From Deltaproteobacteria bacterium (lineage in GTDB: Bacteria > Myxococcota_A > Polyangia > HGW-17 > JAJRWW01): a DNA stretch of 64,000 bases. The translations under genes and the position numbers were made by a program. Numbering within the stretch: position 1 is the first letter of the stretch; each line of letters starts with the position of its first letter. Below the pieces are notes generated by a model. The model was not told the origin of the DNA and ran no database searches. It was given only the letters and a program-made list of their open reading frames with translations. The DNA lies in the NCBI GenBank assembly GCA_029938605.1, contig JAOZUO010000004.1, positions 23,048 to 87,047 of the forward strand, in the 5' to 3' direction. Shown one piece after another: positions 26,604-35,569 of the stretch.

Positions 26604-27299
26604 TTACTTGCGCTGGCGTTTGAGATTCTGCTGGCGCTTGAGTTTGTCGGGAGACTTCGTGAAGTAGCGCTGGATCTCGTGGGCCATGTGTCGCACCGAC
26701 CGGCGCACCCGAGGGCGCTCGAAGTTTCTGGGCAGCATGGGCGAGATCTTGAGAAAGTACCCGTAGTCCACCTGGCACCAGCCCGGGTGGCCGGGCAGCT
26801 TATGGAGCTGAACAAACCCGGCCGCCGCCTGGAAGCTGCCGTCCACCATCTTCCAGCGGCTCCGCATGCGCTTTCTGTCGTACCAGGTCTTGTTCTTCAT
26901 GTAGGCGCCCTCGGGGTGGGTGAGCACCATCTTGTTTACCTCCCAACCGTCCCCTTTTTTGACGAGGGTGCACGACGCGACGCCCTTGAGCGCCTTGGCC
27001 AGCTCGCTGCACTTGGAGAGCGAACTCCAGGCGTGGTCCATGGACACGTCCAGGTGGAACCTGGCGATCCAACCCGGCACCCCATCGGGCGACGTGCCGG
27101 GTACCAGCTTCACTACACCCAGCTCCGGGCGGGTGGCCTTGACGGTCTTAGTCTTCGGCGTGTACAGCAACCCCGCCACCCAGTGGTAGACAAAAAAGCC
27201 CCCCACCACGACCACCACCAGTCCCACCACAGACAGCCCACCCCACTTCAACCCCTTCTTCCAAGTCGGGCCGTGGGTCTTATTTTCGCACTTTGACAT
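26604..27299 (-). CDS. Membrane-anchored SRPBCC (START/Bet v 1-like) domain protein
   Basis: Internal start MSKCENK; N-terminal TM (LSVVGLVVVVVGGFFVYHW). The lipid-binding-fold pattern is FHLDVSMDHAWSSLSKCSELAKALKGV..CTLVKKGDG...W.MVDGSF...G.V.L..LPG...CQVDYGYFL. Confidence 0.5.
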   Translation of the reverse strand: MSKCENKTHGPTWKKGLKWGGLSVVGLVVVVVGGFFVYHWVAGLLYTPKTKTVKATRPELGVVKLVPGTSPDGVPGWIARFHLDVSMDHAWSSLSKCSELAKALKGVASCTLVKKGDGWEVNKMVLTHPEGAYMKNKTWYDRKRMRSRWKMVDGSFQAAAGFVQLHKLPGHPGWCQVDYGYFLKISPMLPRNFERPRVRRSVRHMAHEIQRYFTKSPDKLKRQQNLKRQRK

Positions 27300-27415
27300 G
27301 GTCGGCTCCAAAGTACGGACTATGACACGCCTCACGCCGCTTGTGTAGTTTCCGCGCCCGGCTCGCCCCGCGTGAGCCCTTGACCATCGCCCGCGACCTC
27401 GTAATACTCCCCGCC

Positions 27416-28345
27416 ATGTCTTCGACCCCAGTACCCAGCCCGCCCAGGGGAGGACTCTACGCGCCGCGTCTGTGGCGTAACCCCGACACGCTTCCCTTCA
27501 TCGCCCTCGTGACGGCGGTGGTCTTGCTGGCCGGAGGCGGCATCCTGCTGGGACAGCCCACCTGGGGACTGGCCCTTGCGCTCTGCGTCGGCATCGCAGG
27601 AGTCGCGGCGCGCCAGGTCTTGCACCACCGTTGGGTGCTATTTCACCTGGAGCACCAGCAGCGGAATCAGCAGGCCCTCGACGCCCTGCACCGGCTGCTC
27701 CCCCTCAAGGCCCCCCTTCCGCCCATGACGAGCTGGGCGTGCACCCCGGAGCTGGCGGCGGTGGTGGCCGAAGCGGTCCTCACAGGTCGACCCCGGCGGG
27801 TACTGGAGGTGGGCAGCGGCGTGTCGAGCGTGGTCATGGGCTACTGCCTCGAAAGCAACGGCTCCGGGAAGTTGCTGTCTCTGGACCACGGCGACGCCTT
27901 TGCGGACCAGACCCGCGAGCAGCTCGCTCGCCACGGGCTGTCCCAGGTGGCCGAGGTCGTGTACGCGCCCCTCGGTCCGGTCCAGGTGAACGGTGAGCAG
28001 TGGGCCTGGTACGACACCGCCGCAGTGGGGGAAGAGCCCATCGATCTACTCGTGGTGGACGGCCCGCCCGAAAAGAGCCGTCCCGAGGCGCGCTACCCGG
28101 CCGTGCCGCTGATGTGGGACCGGCTCAGTGACCGGGCGGTGGTGATCCTGGACGACGCCCGGCGGAGCGACGAGCAGGCCATCGTGGCCCGCTGGCGCCG
28201 GGAGCACCCCGAGCTGCACCTGGAGTGGGTGGACGCAATCAAGGGCATCGCCATCCTGCACCGCGGCCCGCGAGTTCGCGTAGAAGCGGAAGTCAGCCCG
28301 TCGCAGCCACCCGAGGGCGGCAGTCCAGTGAGTAGCTCAGGGTAG
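27416..28345 (+). CDS. Class I SAM-dependent methyltransferase with two N-terminal TM helices
   Basis: Internal start MSSTPVP. SAM-binding motif VLEVGSGVSSVVMG and motif-II-like IDLLVVDGPPEKSRPEARYPAV...AVVILDDARRSDE. Confidence 0.6.
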   Translation: MSSTPVPSPPRGGLYAPRLWRNPDTLPFIALVTAVVLLAGGGILLGQPTWGLALALCVGIAGVAARQVLHHRWVLFHLEHQQRNQQALDALHRLLPLKAPLPPMTSWACTPELAAVVAEAVLTGRPRRVLEVGSGVSSVVMGYCLESNGSGKLLSLDHGDAFADQTREQLARHGLSQVAEVVYAPLGPVQVNGEQWAWYDTAAVGEEPIDLLVVDGPPEKSRPEARYPAVPLMWDRLSDRAVVILDDARRSDEQAIVARWRREHPELHLEWVDAIKGIAILHRGPRVRVEAEVSPSQPPEGGSPVSSSG

Positions 28346-28771
28346 AGACTTACGCGCCTCGTCAAGCAGGGTTTGCAGGCGCGTGAGCTCGATGGGGGCG
28401 GGCTCGATGTTGAGCTCCATTCCGTCGGCGAGGTCCGGGATGGTCTCGGGGTTGTTGACCGCCAGGTCGTCGAACATCCCCAGGGGACAAAGCAGCACGG
28501 CCGTTTCGTAGCGCCCAAAGGCTTCGGTCTTGTGGGATTCGTCGAAGTAACGAAACACCGCCTTACGGTACTTCAACCAGCCCGGGGTGAGCCAGTACAC
28601 CTCCCGCCCGGCGGCGATGTCTCGACGCGCGTCGGCGTCGGCGAGAAACTCCACGCAGTTGCCAGCCTGTAACCTCACCACGCGATCTCCATACTCAGCC
28701 AGGATGGCGTCTATGGTGCGCTCGGGCGCGTTGAGGTTCATCATGCAGCGATCCCCGAAGCCCCCCACCAC
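28337..28771 (-). CDS. Hypothetical protein (uncharacterised conserved-domain-like)
   Basis: 144-aa ORF (GTG start in track; the ATG at 28744 is also possible). No recognisable catalytic motif. Overlaps the methyltransferase stop. Confidence 0.4.
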   Translation of the reverse strand: MVGGFGDRCMMNLNAPERTIDAILAEYGDRVVRLQAGNCVEFLADADARRDIAAGREVYWLTPGWLKYRKAVFRYFDESHKTEAFGRYETAVLLCPLGMFDDLAVNNPETIPDLADGMELNIEPAPIELTRLQTLLDEARKSLP

Positions 28772-29036
28772 CTGGTCAGCGTGCTTAAGCGCCTCGTCGA
28801 TTCGTTCCCTGAGCTGACGCTCCAGCTCATCGGGGTTGTCGTGAAGGCCGGGAGCCGTGTAGTGGACGGCCGAAAAACCGGGGGGTTACAGCGCCGGTTT
28901 GGCGATCCTTGGGAGTAAAATCCGGGACGCTATACAGAGGTCAATGCGGCATGGCGGGTCCTTAGGGTCCGCGAATGGACAACTCAGTCGTCCTGGCCGC
29001 CGATCCATCCCGCTGGTCGGCGTCGCTCGTCGATTG

Positions 29037-30697
29037 GTAACCGTTCACGGGGTGTGACACCGCTTTGGTCTTCTGGGGGACCCCGTGGACCAGTTGGCGA
29101 CCATGCTTGAGGTGATGCCTCCGTTCGGGCGCGAGGCGAAGAAAAAGTTGACTTCCCGATCGAGGAGATCCTAATAGGTGGATCTCACGCCGACTCAAAA
29201 AGCTTGAAAGCACGCTGCAGCAGGTTCAAGAGGCACTCCTGGCTCTAAGCAGGGAGAACGCTGCGCTTCGTGAGGAGAACGCTGCGCTTCGTGAGGAGAA
29301 CGCTGCGCTTCGTGAGGAGAACGCCGCGCTCCGTACTCGCGTGGCGGAGTTGGAGGAGAAGCTGCGAACCGACTCGTCGAACTCCTCGAAGCCGCCATCG
29401 AGTGACCCACCATGGGCAGACACAAAGAAGCGCAAGCGGGGGAAGCGCAAACGTCGGCCCGGCGGCCAGCCTGGACACAAAGGAAAAACCCGTGCCCTGC
29501 TACCTCCCGCCCAGGTAGACGACTTCGTGACGTGCCATCCGCCAACGCTGTGTGGCTGCGGAGGGCATGTGGTCCGTACTGACGAGGACCCGCAGCGGTT
29601 GCAGAATTTGGAACTGGCGCAGATCAAGGCATACGTCACGGAGTACCTGCTGTTGAGCGGGCTCTGTGATCAGTGCGGAAGACTGCATCTTGGGAAGCTG
29701 CCCCCTGAATCTCCAACCGGCGTGCTGGGCCCGCGGGCGATGGCGGCAGTGGCGGTCCTCTCGGGCAAGTATCACTTGAGCAAACGACAGGTCGAGGAGG
29801 TCCTACAGGACCTACTGGGAATACAGGTGTCGTTGGGCACGGTGTCCAATACTGAGGCCCGGGTCAGCGCCGCCCTGGAAGCCCCTTTTGAGGAAGCCAG
29901 AGCTTACGTCCGCGAGCAACCCGTGGTCCACGCCGACGAGACGGGTCACAAGATGGCCGGGAAGAAGGCGTGGATGTGGACCGCGGTGACGGTTGCTGTA
30001 AGCGTATTCCTGATCCGTTTCACCCGTGCGACGAAAGCAGCCAAGGAGCTGCTGGGAGCCACCTTCGCTGGGATCTTGGTTTCCGACCGGTGGGGGGCGT
30101 ACAACTGGGTGGACACCACTCGGCGCCAGATTTGTTGGGCCCATCTCATTCGGGATTTGGTGAAAATCGAAGCGCGAGGCTGGCGCTCGGAAGAAATTGC
30201 TAGCGAGATTTTGGAGTATGTCAAAGAGATGTTTGTCCTGTGGAACACGTTCCAACAAGGCAAGCGTCAGCGCCCGTGGTTGCAGCGAAAGATGAAGGTG
30301 ATCCGCGAGAAAATTGAGGGTCTCCTTGAGCAGGGTGAAGTTTGCTACCACATCAAGACGCAGGCCACGTGCAAGCGGCTCCTTAAGTTGAAGAACGCGC
30401 TGTGGACCTACGTGGATGTCCCGGGTGTCGAGCCGACAAACAACCTTGCGGAACGCACGATCAGACCCTACGTACTCTGGCGCCGGGTGAGCTTCGGAAC
30501 GCAATCTGAGCGCGGCAATCGGTTCGTGGAGAGAATGATGACGGTGTCGGCAACCTGCAGGCAGCAGGATCGCAACGTGCTTGAGTATGTGACAGCGGCT
30601 GTGCAAGCTCACACGCAAGGGAAAGCCATCCCTTCTCTTCTCCCTCAGGCCAAAGCTGAAATTTCTGAAGCAGCAGCCTGACCCCGTGAACGGTTAC
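29037..30697. mobile_element. IS66-family insertion sequence, single-ORF type, ~1.66 kb, with 17-bp perfect terminal inverted repeats beginning GTAA
   Basis: Left IR GTAACCGTTCACGGGGT (29037..29053) and right IR ACCCCGTGAACGGTTAC (30681..30697) are perfect reverse complements. The right IR abuts the transposase stop codon. No 8-bp target-site duplication is evident (flanks gtcgattg / cgttaacg). Confidence 0.8.
29341..30681 (+). CDS. IS66-family transposase (TnpC-like)
   Basis: Hallmarks are SSNSSKPPSSD, QPGHKGKTR, the zinc-ribbon-like CGCGGHV...CDQCG, the DDE region HADETGHKMAGKKAWMWTAVT, CWAHLIRD and the C-terminal LWTYVD...PTNNLAERTIRP. In-frame coiled-coil sequence (LKKLESTLQQVQEALLALSRENAALREENAALREENAALREENAALRTRVAELEEKL) extends upstream to 29152 with no canonical start codon, so the true start is unresolved (GTG at 29341 as listed). 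Confidence 0.8.
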   Translation: MAELEEKLRTDSSNSSKPPSSDPPWADTKKRKRGKRKRRPGGQPGHKGKTRALLPPAQVDDFVTCHPPTLCGCGGHVVRTDEDPQRLQNLELAQIKAYVTEYLLLSGLCDQCGRLHLGKLPPESPTGVLGPRAMAAVAVLSGKYHLSKRQVEEVLQDLLGIQVSLGTVSNTEARVSAALEAPFEEARAYVREQPVVHADETGHKMAGKKAWMWTAVTVAVSVFLIRFTRATKAAKELLGATFAGILVSDRWGAYNWVDTTRRQICWAHLIRDLVKIEARGWRSEEIASEILEYVKEMFVLWNTFQQGKRQRPWLQRKMKVIREKIEGLLEQGEVCYHIKTQATCKRLLKLKNALWTYVDVPGVEPTNNLAERTIRPYVLWRRVSFGTQSERGNRFVERMMTVSATCRQQDRNVLEYVTAAVQAHTQGKAIPSLLPQAKAEISEAAA

Positions 30698-30978
30698 CGT
30701 TAACGTACGGTGTGCTAACGCACAACCTGTCGCACACGAGGTCACTGGGCCAGGTGTCCGGGTGAAACCTAGGCACGGTTGGGCAAACGAGCTAAATACG
30801 GATGACATCTCATTTTTTGAAGGCTATGACATCCGTGTCCGAAGCGTTCTCGTTAGGGCGAGGTTGTCCTACACGGGAATACGCCTACCTTCAACGAGGG
30901 CTGAGACCGAGCACTGGTTCTACCTTAAGACAGATATCGCAATCTGGCGGCCAGGGTCGAGCAACCTGGAGTGAATCG

Positions 30979-32595
30979 ATGAGTAGTCCGTCTCCGATTT
31001 TGAGGTCCCCCGCCTGCAAGTATCACACGAAGTTCCAAGCGTCGCTGTTGGATAAACGCACGTTCAGTGTGACCTGGGAGTTGGTCCTGGGTCGTGGTTC
31101 CTTCGAGCGGTCCCAGGAGATCGTGCTGGAGTCTGCAAACGCCGTCGCCAAGGGCGGCAAGGTCCATGCCCTCACCATCACCGACAACCCGGGAGGAAAC
31201 CCCGCCATCTCCTCGGAGATGCTCAGCGCCGAGCTCGCTTTACTCGGCGTCGAGTCGCTGGTGCATTTCACCTGCAAAGACAAGAATCGGAACCAGCTCG
31301 AGGGGCTCCTCTACGGCTTGGAGCGGGAAGGAGTTCGCAACCTGCTCGCGCTCACCGGAGACTATACCTCTGGCGGTTACCTGGGACGGTCCAGCCCGGT
31401 CTTTGATCTGGATTCCTGCCACCTCCTCGACCTGATTGGCGCCTTGAACCGTGGCCTGGAGGTGCGGACCCGAAATCGAAGCACCATGATGAAGCCCACC
31501 CACTTTTGCGCCGGCGCCGCGGTGAGCCCGTTCAAGGCGCTCTTGGTGATGAAGACCCTCGGTTTCGGGCACGTGCCCCTGGTGGGCAACATCTATTTGC
31601 TGTCCAAGGGGGCTGGGCGGTTGATGAACCGAAACGGGGTGGCCGGCTGTGTGGTTACGGACGAACTCATGCGGGTGCTGGAGGATGAAGCGGGATCAGG
31701 CGCCGCGGCCCAGGACAAGAGACTGGAGCGGGCGGCGAAGATGTACGCCCTTATGAAGGGCATGGGCTTCGCGGGCGTGCACATTGGCGGCCATGGGATG
31801 ACGTACGAGGACCTGTCGCTCGTCCTGGAGAAGGGGGAGGCCCTGACGCCGAGTTGGCGGGAGTACATCCGGGAGTTCGACATGCCGCAACCGAACGGCT
31901 GGTACTTCTTTGATAAGGATGAGGAGACCGGGCTCAACACCGAGGACCCCGTGGATCGCACCAAGACTCCCACGTCTGGTGGGCTGGGCTACGCGCTCTT
32001 CCGGCTGACCCACCGCATGATGTTTCGGGACAAGGGGCTCGTCTTCAGGCCGACGCGGGCCATCGCCAGGAAGGTCGACGGCAGTCGCTGCGAGCACAGC
32101 TTCACGCGCCTTGAGCAGGTCATGAAGGGGATAACCAACGAGTGCATGCATTGCGGCGACTGCGCGATGGCCGAACTCGCGTATCTCTGTCCGATGAGCC
32201 AGTGTTCAAAGGGCCAGCGCAATGGCCCCTGTGGGGGCAGCTTCGAGGGCTACTGCGAGGTGTATCCCGAGAAGAAGCAGTGCATCTACGTTCGCGCGTA
32301 CAACCGGCTCAAGTCCAAGGGGGAGGAGGAGACCCTGGCGGCGCTCCACATGCCCCCCGTGAACCACGATCTGCGGTGGACCTCGTCGTGGATCAACTTC
32401 TACATGGAGCGGGACCAGTGCGCCACACGGTTCGCCAAACAAGCCGTGCTGCACGCCGGGTCCCACGACGATGGACCTGCCTGCCACCACTGCAATCCCA
32501 GACCCTGTGACCTCGGTCCCGAGGAGGCGTCCGCTGCCGAGGAGGCGTCCGCTGCCGAGGAGCGGCCTCCCAGTCGCGACAAGAGCAAACCGTGA
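30979..32595 (+). CDS. metF: Methylenetetrahydrofolate reductase (MetF/MTHFR TIM-barrel) fused to a C-terminal MetV-like cysteine-rich domain
   Basis: Starts at the ATG at 30979 within ORF 30802. MTHFR motifs are FSVTWELVLGRG, VHALTITDNPGGNPA and HFTCKDKNRNQLEGLLYGLEREGVRNLLALTGDY. The C-terminal ~150 aa carry CMHCGDCAMAELAYLCPMSQCSKGQRNGPCGGS...GYCEVYPEKKQCIY, as in the Cys-rich MTHFR-associated (MetV/MTHFR_C) domain of anaerobes. A 21-bp x2 repeat (EEASAAEEASAAEE) lies at the extreme C-terminus. Confidence 0.75.
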   Translation: MSSPSPILRSPACKYHTKFQASLLDKRTFSVTWELVLGRGSFERSQEIVLESANAVAKGGKVHALTITDNPGGNPAISSEMLSAELALLGVESLVHFTCKDKNRNQLEGLLYGLEREGVRNLLALTGDYTSGGYLGRSSPVFDLDSCHLLDLIGALNRGLEVRTRNRSTMMKPTHFCAGAAVSPFKALLVMKTLGFGHVPLVGNIYLLSKGAGRLMNRNGVAGCVVTDELMRVLEDEAGSGAAAQDKRLERAAKMYALMKGMGFAGVHIGGHGMTYEDLSLVLEKGEALTPSWREYIREFDMPQPNGWYFFDKDEETGLNTEDPVDRTKTPTSGGLGYALFRLTHRMMFRDKGLVFRPTRAIARKVDGSRCEHSFTRLEQVMKGITNECMHCGDCAMAELAYLCPMSQCSKGQRNGPCGGSFEGYCEVYPEKKQCIYVRAYNRLKSKGEEETLAALHMPPVNHDLRWTSSWINFYMERDQCATRFAKQAVLHAGSHDDGPACHHCNPRPCDLGPEEASAAEEASAAEERPPSRDKSKP

Positions 32596-32821
32596 CACGG
32601 GCGTTGTGATCTGGGCGTCGCCTGCCAATCCGACATCCGACCGAACTCCGCCAATGGTCTGTGTTTTTAGCTGGTTGTAAATTGGTCTCCGCATTGCATT
32701 GGCCTGGTATGGCCGGGCGTGGATCGAGCAGTGGCCCGATGCCCTAGCCGATGCCAATGCCAGAGCACTTGCGTTCCACAAATCTTTGACGTTCTCCTCC
32801 GTGGAGAGGGAGGAACTCGAC

Positions 32822-35551
32822 ATGAGGCATGGCGGACATTTGATGCTGGTGGCGATGTTGATCGCGACCGGCTGCGGAGACGATGACGGCGGAAACAACG
32901 CCAATCAACCCGACACCAGCGTCGAGGGCGTCTGCGGGGATGGCACCCTGGACCTCGGCGAGGCGTGCGACGAAGGGGCGGCCAACAGCGACTCCACGCC
33001 GGACGCTTGTCGCACGTCCTGCCGGCTGCCCTACTGCGGGGACGGCGTAGAAGACGCAAGCGAGCTCTGCGACGAGGGGGCGGCCAACAGCGACCGGCTG
33101 TCCAACGCCTGTCGGACCGACTGCACCTTGCCGGTTTGCGGGGACGGGGTCGTGGACGGGGACGAGGCCTGTGACGACGGAGAGGACAACAGCCTCACAG
33201 AGCCGGGGGCTTGCCGCCCCACCTGCGAGCTGTCCGGCTGCCAGGACGGCGTCTACGATCCGGGAGACATCTGCTACCGCTTCTGGGACCTGGCTAGGCT
33301 GGGGGGAATGTTCCAAGCCCACCGCGTGGACGACGACCCTTACCCCGACCTAGTGGGTTACCACAACCAGGCGACGGGCACGTTCATGGTGCTGAAGAAC
33401 ACCGGCGCCGGCCTCGCCAGGGGCCGCGGGTACCTGACCCCTGGACGCCCAGGGCCGCCTCAAGGGCTCGGGAAGGTCACCAGCGGGCCCAGCCAGACCG
33501 ATTTCCTCGTCGGCGGCTCGACTCCACGCCTGGCGAGCGCGGACACCGCCGGCCGGGTGGGTCTCCCCGAGGTTTTCGTCGCCCAGGACTATAGCCTCGG
33601 CATGATTGACGCGGTGACCGGAGTAACGACGGCGGGCGGACAACGCTATCTGACCTTGCTGACGGGTACCTCCGGGAGCCACCAGCACTGCGCGGTCCCG
33701 GTGGACGCGTCCAATGCGCCCCAGCCAACGCAGATGCATTGCGATCCCCTCACTGCGTTGGGTTGGAACGACCTGCAATGGCCCGAGACGCTGTATACGG
33801 CGAGCAACCAACCGGTGCTCGTCTACTTGAGCACTTATTCGGGATATCACTCAGCGAATCTGGTGACCCTCGACGGACAGGCCCGCGTGACGGACGCCAC
33901 CGAAGTGGTCTATCCCTCGAGTAGTGAAATAAAACAACGCTGGATCGCCTACCCGGTTCGCGGCTCCGATCAACCCTACTGGGCAAGCCACTCGCGGGTG
34001 GAGGTCTGCAGTATGTGTGGCGTATTTGGTCCGCTGCTGGAAGTCCGGCCGTGGGATGCCGGCGGCGCCACCTTCGGCGCGACGGTCTCTCTGAACGCAA
34101 CGGACCTGTACGCCGATGAAGAATCTCCCATCAGGGTTCTTTTTGGTAATTTCGGCGGAACCGGGCATTGGAAGGACCTCGCGTTGATTTCCTCACCGCA
34201 AGGTGTAGAAGAGCCGCAAATCAGCGTGTTCTTGCACAATGGAGGGGTTGGGGATGGCTACCCGGTCCCACCGGCGCAGCAGCTGCAGTGCGCAGGTCAT
34301 ATTCCCTCGGGCCGTAACGCGATCGCGGTGGACCTCGACAACGACGGGGATGACGAGCTCGTATACCAGGATGATGAGTACCCGACCTCGCTGGTGGTGT
34401 TGTGGAACGATGGCGGGCTGAGCTGCACCGGGTTGGATGCCTTTGCGTACCAAAATCATGCCGATGACGAGGGCGCTCTGGCCCAGGTTGGCCACATTGA
34501 CGGCGATGCGTTTCCGGATCTCTTGCTACTCAAAAGAGGTCAGGATGGCGACGGAGAAGGGGCCACGTACATCCTGTACGGCGGCGCCACACCCAGGATG
34601 GAGGCGGTGGGCATGGGGTCGAGCGGCTCTGCCGGCCTGTTTCCACGCAGCGGTGACCCGCTCACCTCGGATCTCTACCTGTTGCATGGCATGGATCCCT
34701 ACGTCGTCGGAGTCGTGCGCCGGGACGCCGGCCGCTGGGTCACCGGTAGACCGCTGCAGGTCGTCGGGGGTGAGCCCTTGGCCGAGCACACCAGCTGGTC
34801 CTTCGTGACCGACCTGGACGGTGACTCCCAGAACGACGTCCTGATCATGGGGAGCAGCAGCACGAGCTCCGTTCTTCATAGTTTTACAGGCCCCTACTCG
34901 GAGTCTTCGGAGGGGTTCGTCGCTCATCGCCAGGATCCGCTGCCCTACCGACCGGGCATGGTTATCCTCGCCGACATGGACGGCGACGACCTGCCGGAGG
35001 TTCTCACGATCCGAAGCAACCCCATAGAGACCGGGAGCCAGACCGATGATCTGATCACGATCCTGCCCAACAACGGCGGCGCCTTCGACCAGACACCGGT
35101 GACCGTACAGACGGCCTACGATCCGCGCATCATCGCGCCCGGAGACTTCAACGGCGACGGCCTGAACGACCTGGCCACCGCGCACACCACCGCCGGCATG
35201 ATGGCGGTGCTGATCAACGACGGCGCCGGGAACCTCACCCTGGACGAGGTGACAGGGGTCTACATCACCCCCGGGGAGCCAGCTACGCTCTCTCCCATTG
35301 ATCTGGACGGCGACGGGATCCTCGACCTGGTGGTCTCCACGCCGCTGCACGGTATGGGGCCGATCTTCTTCCGCGGGCTCGGGGACGGGACCTTCGAGGA
35401 GGCCGTGGATCTGAACCTCACCGCGAGCGAGTTCGGAGTAACCACCGGCGATATGGACGCCGATGGATTTCCGGATCTGATCATCTTGAAGAGAATCACC
35501 GAGGGAACCCAGGACTCCTGGGCCACCCTGGTCCTACGCGCGACCCCCTAG
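32822..35551 (+). CDS. Secreted lipoprotein: three Myxococcus cysteine-rich repeats + FG-GAP/integrin-alpha-type beta-propeller
   Basis: Start MRHGGHLMLVAMLIATGC (lipobox). Cys-rich repeats are CGDGTLDLGEACDEG, CGDGVEDASELCDEG and CGDGVVDGDEACDDGED. FG-GAP Ca-binding loops include DLDNDGDDELVY, ADMDGDDLPEVLT, GDFNGDGLNDLAT, IDLDGDGILDLVVS and GDMDADGFPDLIIL. Confidence 0.75.
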   Translation: MRHGGHLMLVAMLIATGCGDDDGGNNANQPDTSVEGVCGDGTLDLGEACDEGAANSDSTPDACRTSCRLPYCGDGVEDASELCDEGAANSDRLSNACRTDCTLPVCGDGVVDGDEACDDGEDNSLTEPGACRPTCELSGCQDGVYDPGDICYRFWDLARLGGMFQAHRVDDDPYPDLVGYHNQATGTFMVLKNTGAGLARGRGYLTPGRPGPPQGLGKVTSGPSQTDFLVGGSTPRLASADTAGRVGLPEVFVAQDYSLGMIDAVTGVTTAGGQRYLTLLTGTSGSHQHCAVPVDASNAPQPTQMHCDPLTALGWNDLQWPETLYTASNQPVLVYLSTYSGYHSANLVTLDGQARVTDATEVVYPSSSEIKQRWIAYPVRGSDQPYWASHSRVEVCSMCGVFGPLLEVRPWDAGGATFGATVSLNATDLYADEESPIRVLFGNFGGTGHWKDLALISSPQGVEEPQISVFLHNGGVGDGYPVPPAQQLQCAGHIPSGRNAIAVDLDNDGDDELVYQDDEYPTSLVVLWNDGGLSCTGLDAFAYQNHADDEGALAQVGHIDGDAFPDLLLLKRGQDGDGEGATYILYGGATPRMEAVGMGSSGSAGLFPRSGDPLTSDLYLLHGMDPYVVGVVRRDAGRWVTGRPLQVVGGEPLAEHTSWSFVTDLDGDSQNDVLIMGSSSTSSVLHSFTGPYSESSEGFVAHRQDPLPYRPGMVILADMDGDDLPEVLTIRSNPIETGSQTDDLITILPNNGGAFDQTPVTVQTAYDPRIIAPGDFNGDGLNDLATAHTTAGMMAVLINDGAGNLTLDEVTGVYITPGEPATLSPIDLDGDGILDLVVSTPLHGMGPIFFRGLGDGTFEEAVDLNLTASEFGVTTGDMDADGFPDLIILKRITEGTQDSWATLVLRATP

Positions 35552-35569
35552 AGATCAAACCTTCAACTT

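Noticed and set aside
28325-28345. tRNA-like D-loop string 'gtagctcagggtagag'
   Set aside because: There is no acceptor stem, anticodon arm or T-arm (GGTTCGAATCC-like) around it. It is simply the last codons (…SSSG*) of the methyltransferase gene. No tRNA genes were found anywhere in the window.
30700-30978. U-rich 'cattttttgaaggc…gaagcg' segment in the metF leader that superficially recalls SAM-II-type riboswitch pseudoknots
   Set aside because: I cannot reproduce the covariation or consensus from memory. The conserved aptamer elements are not clearly present. It may simply be IS66-flank or promoter sequence. Not claimed. An Rfam/Infernal scan would settle it.
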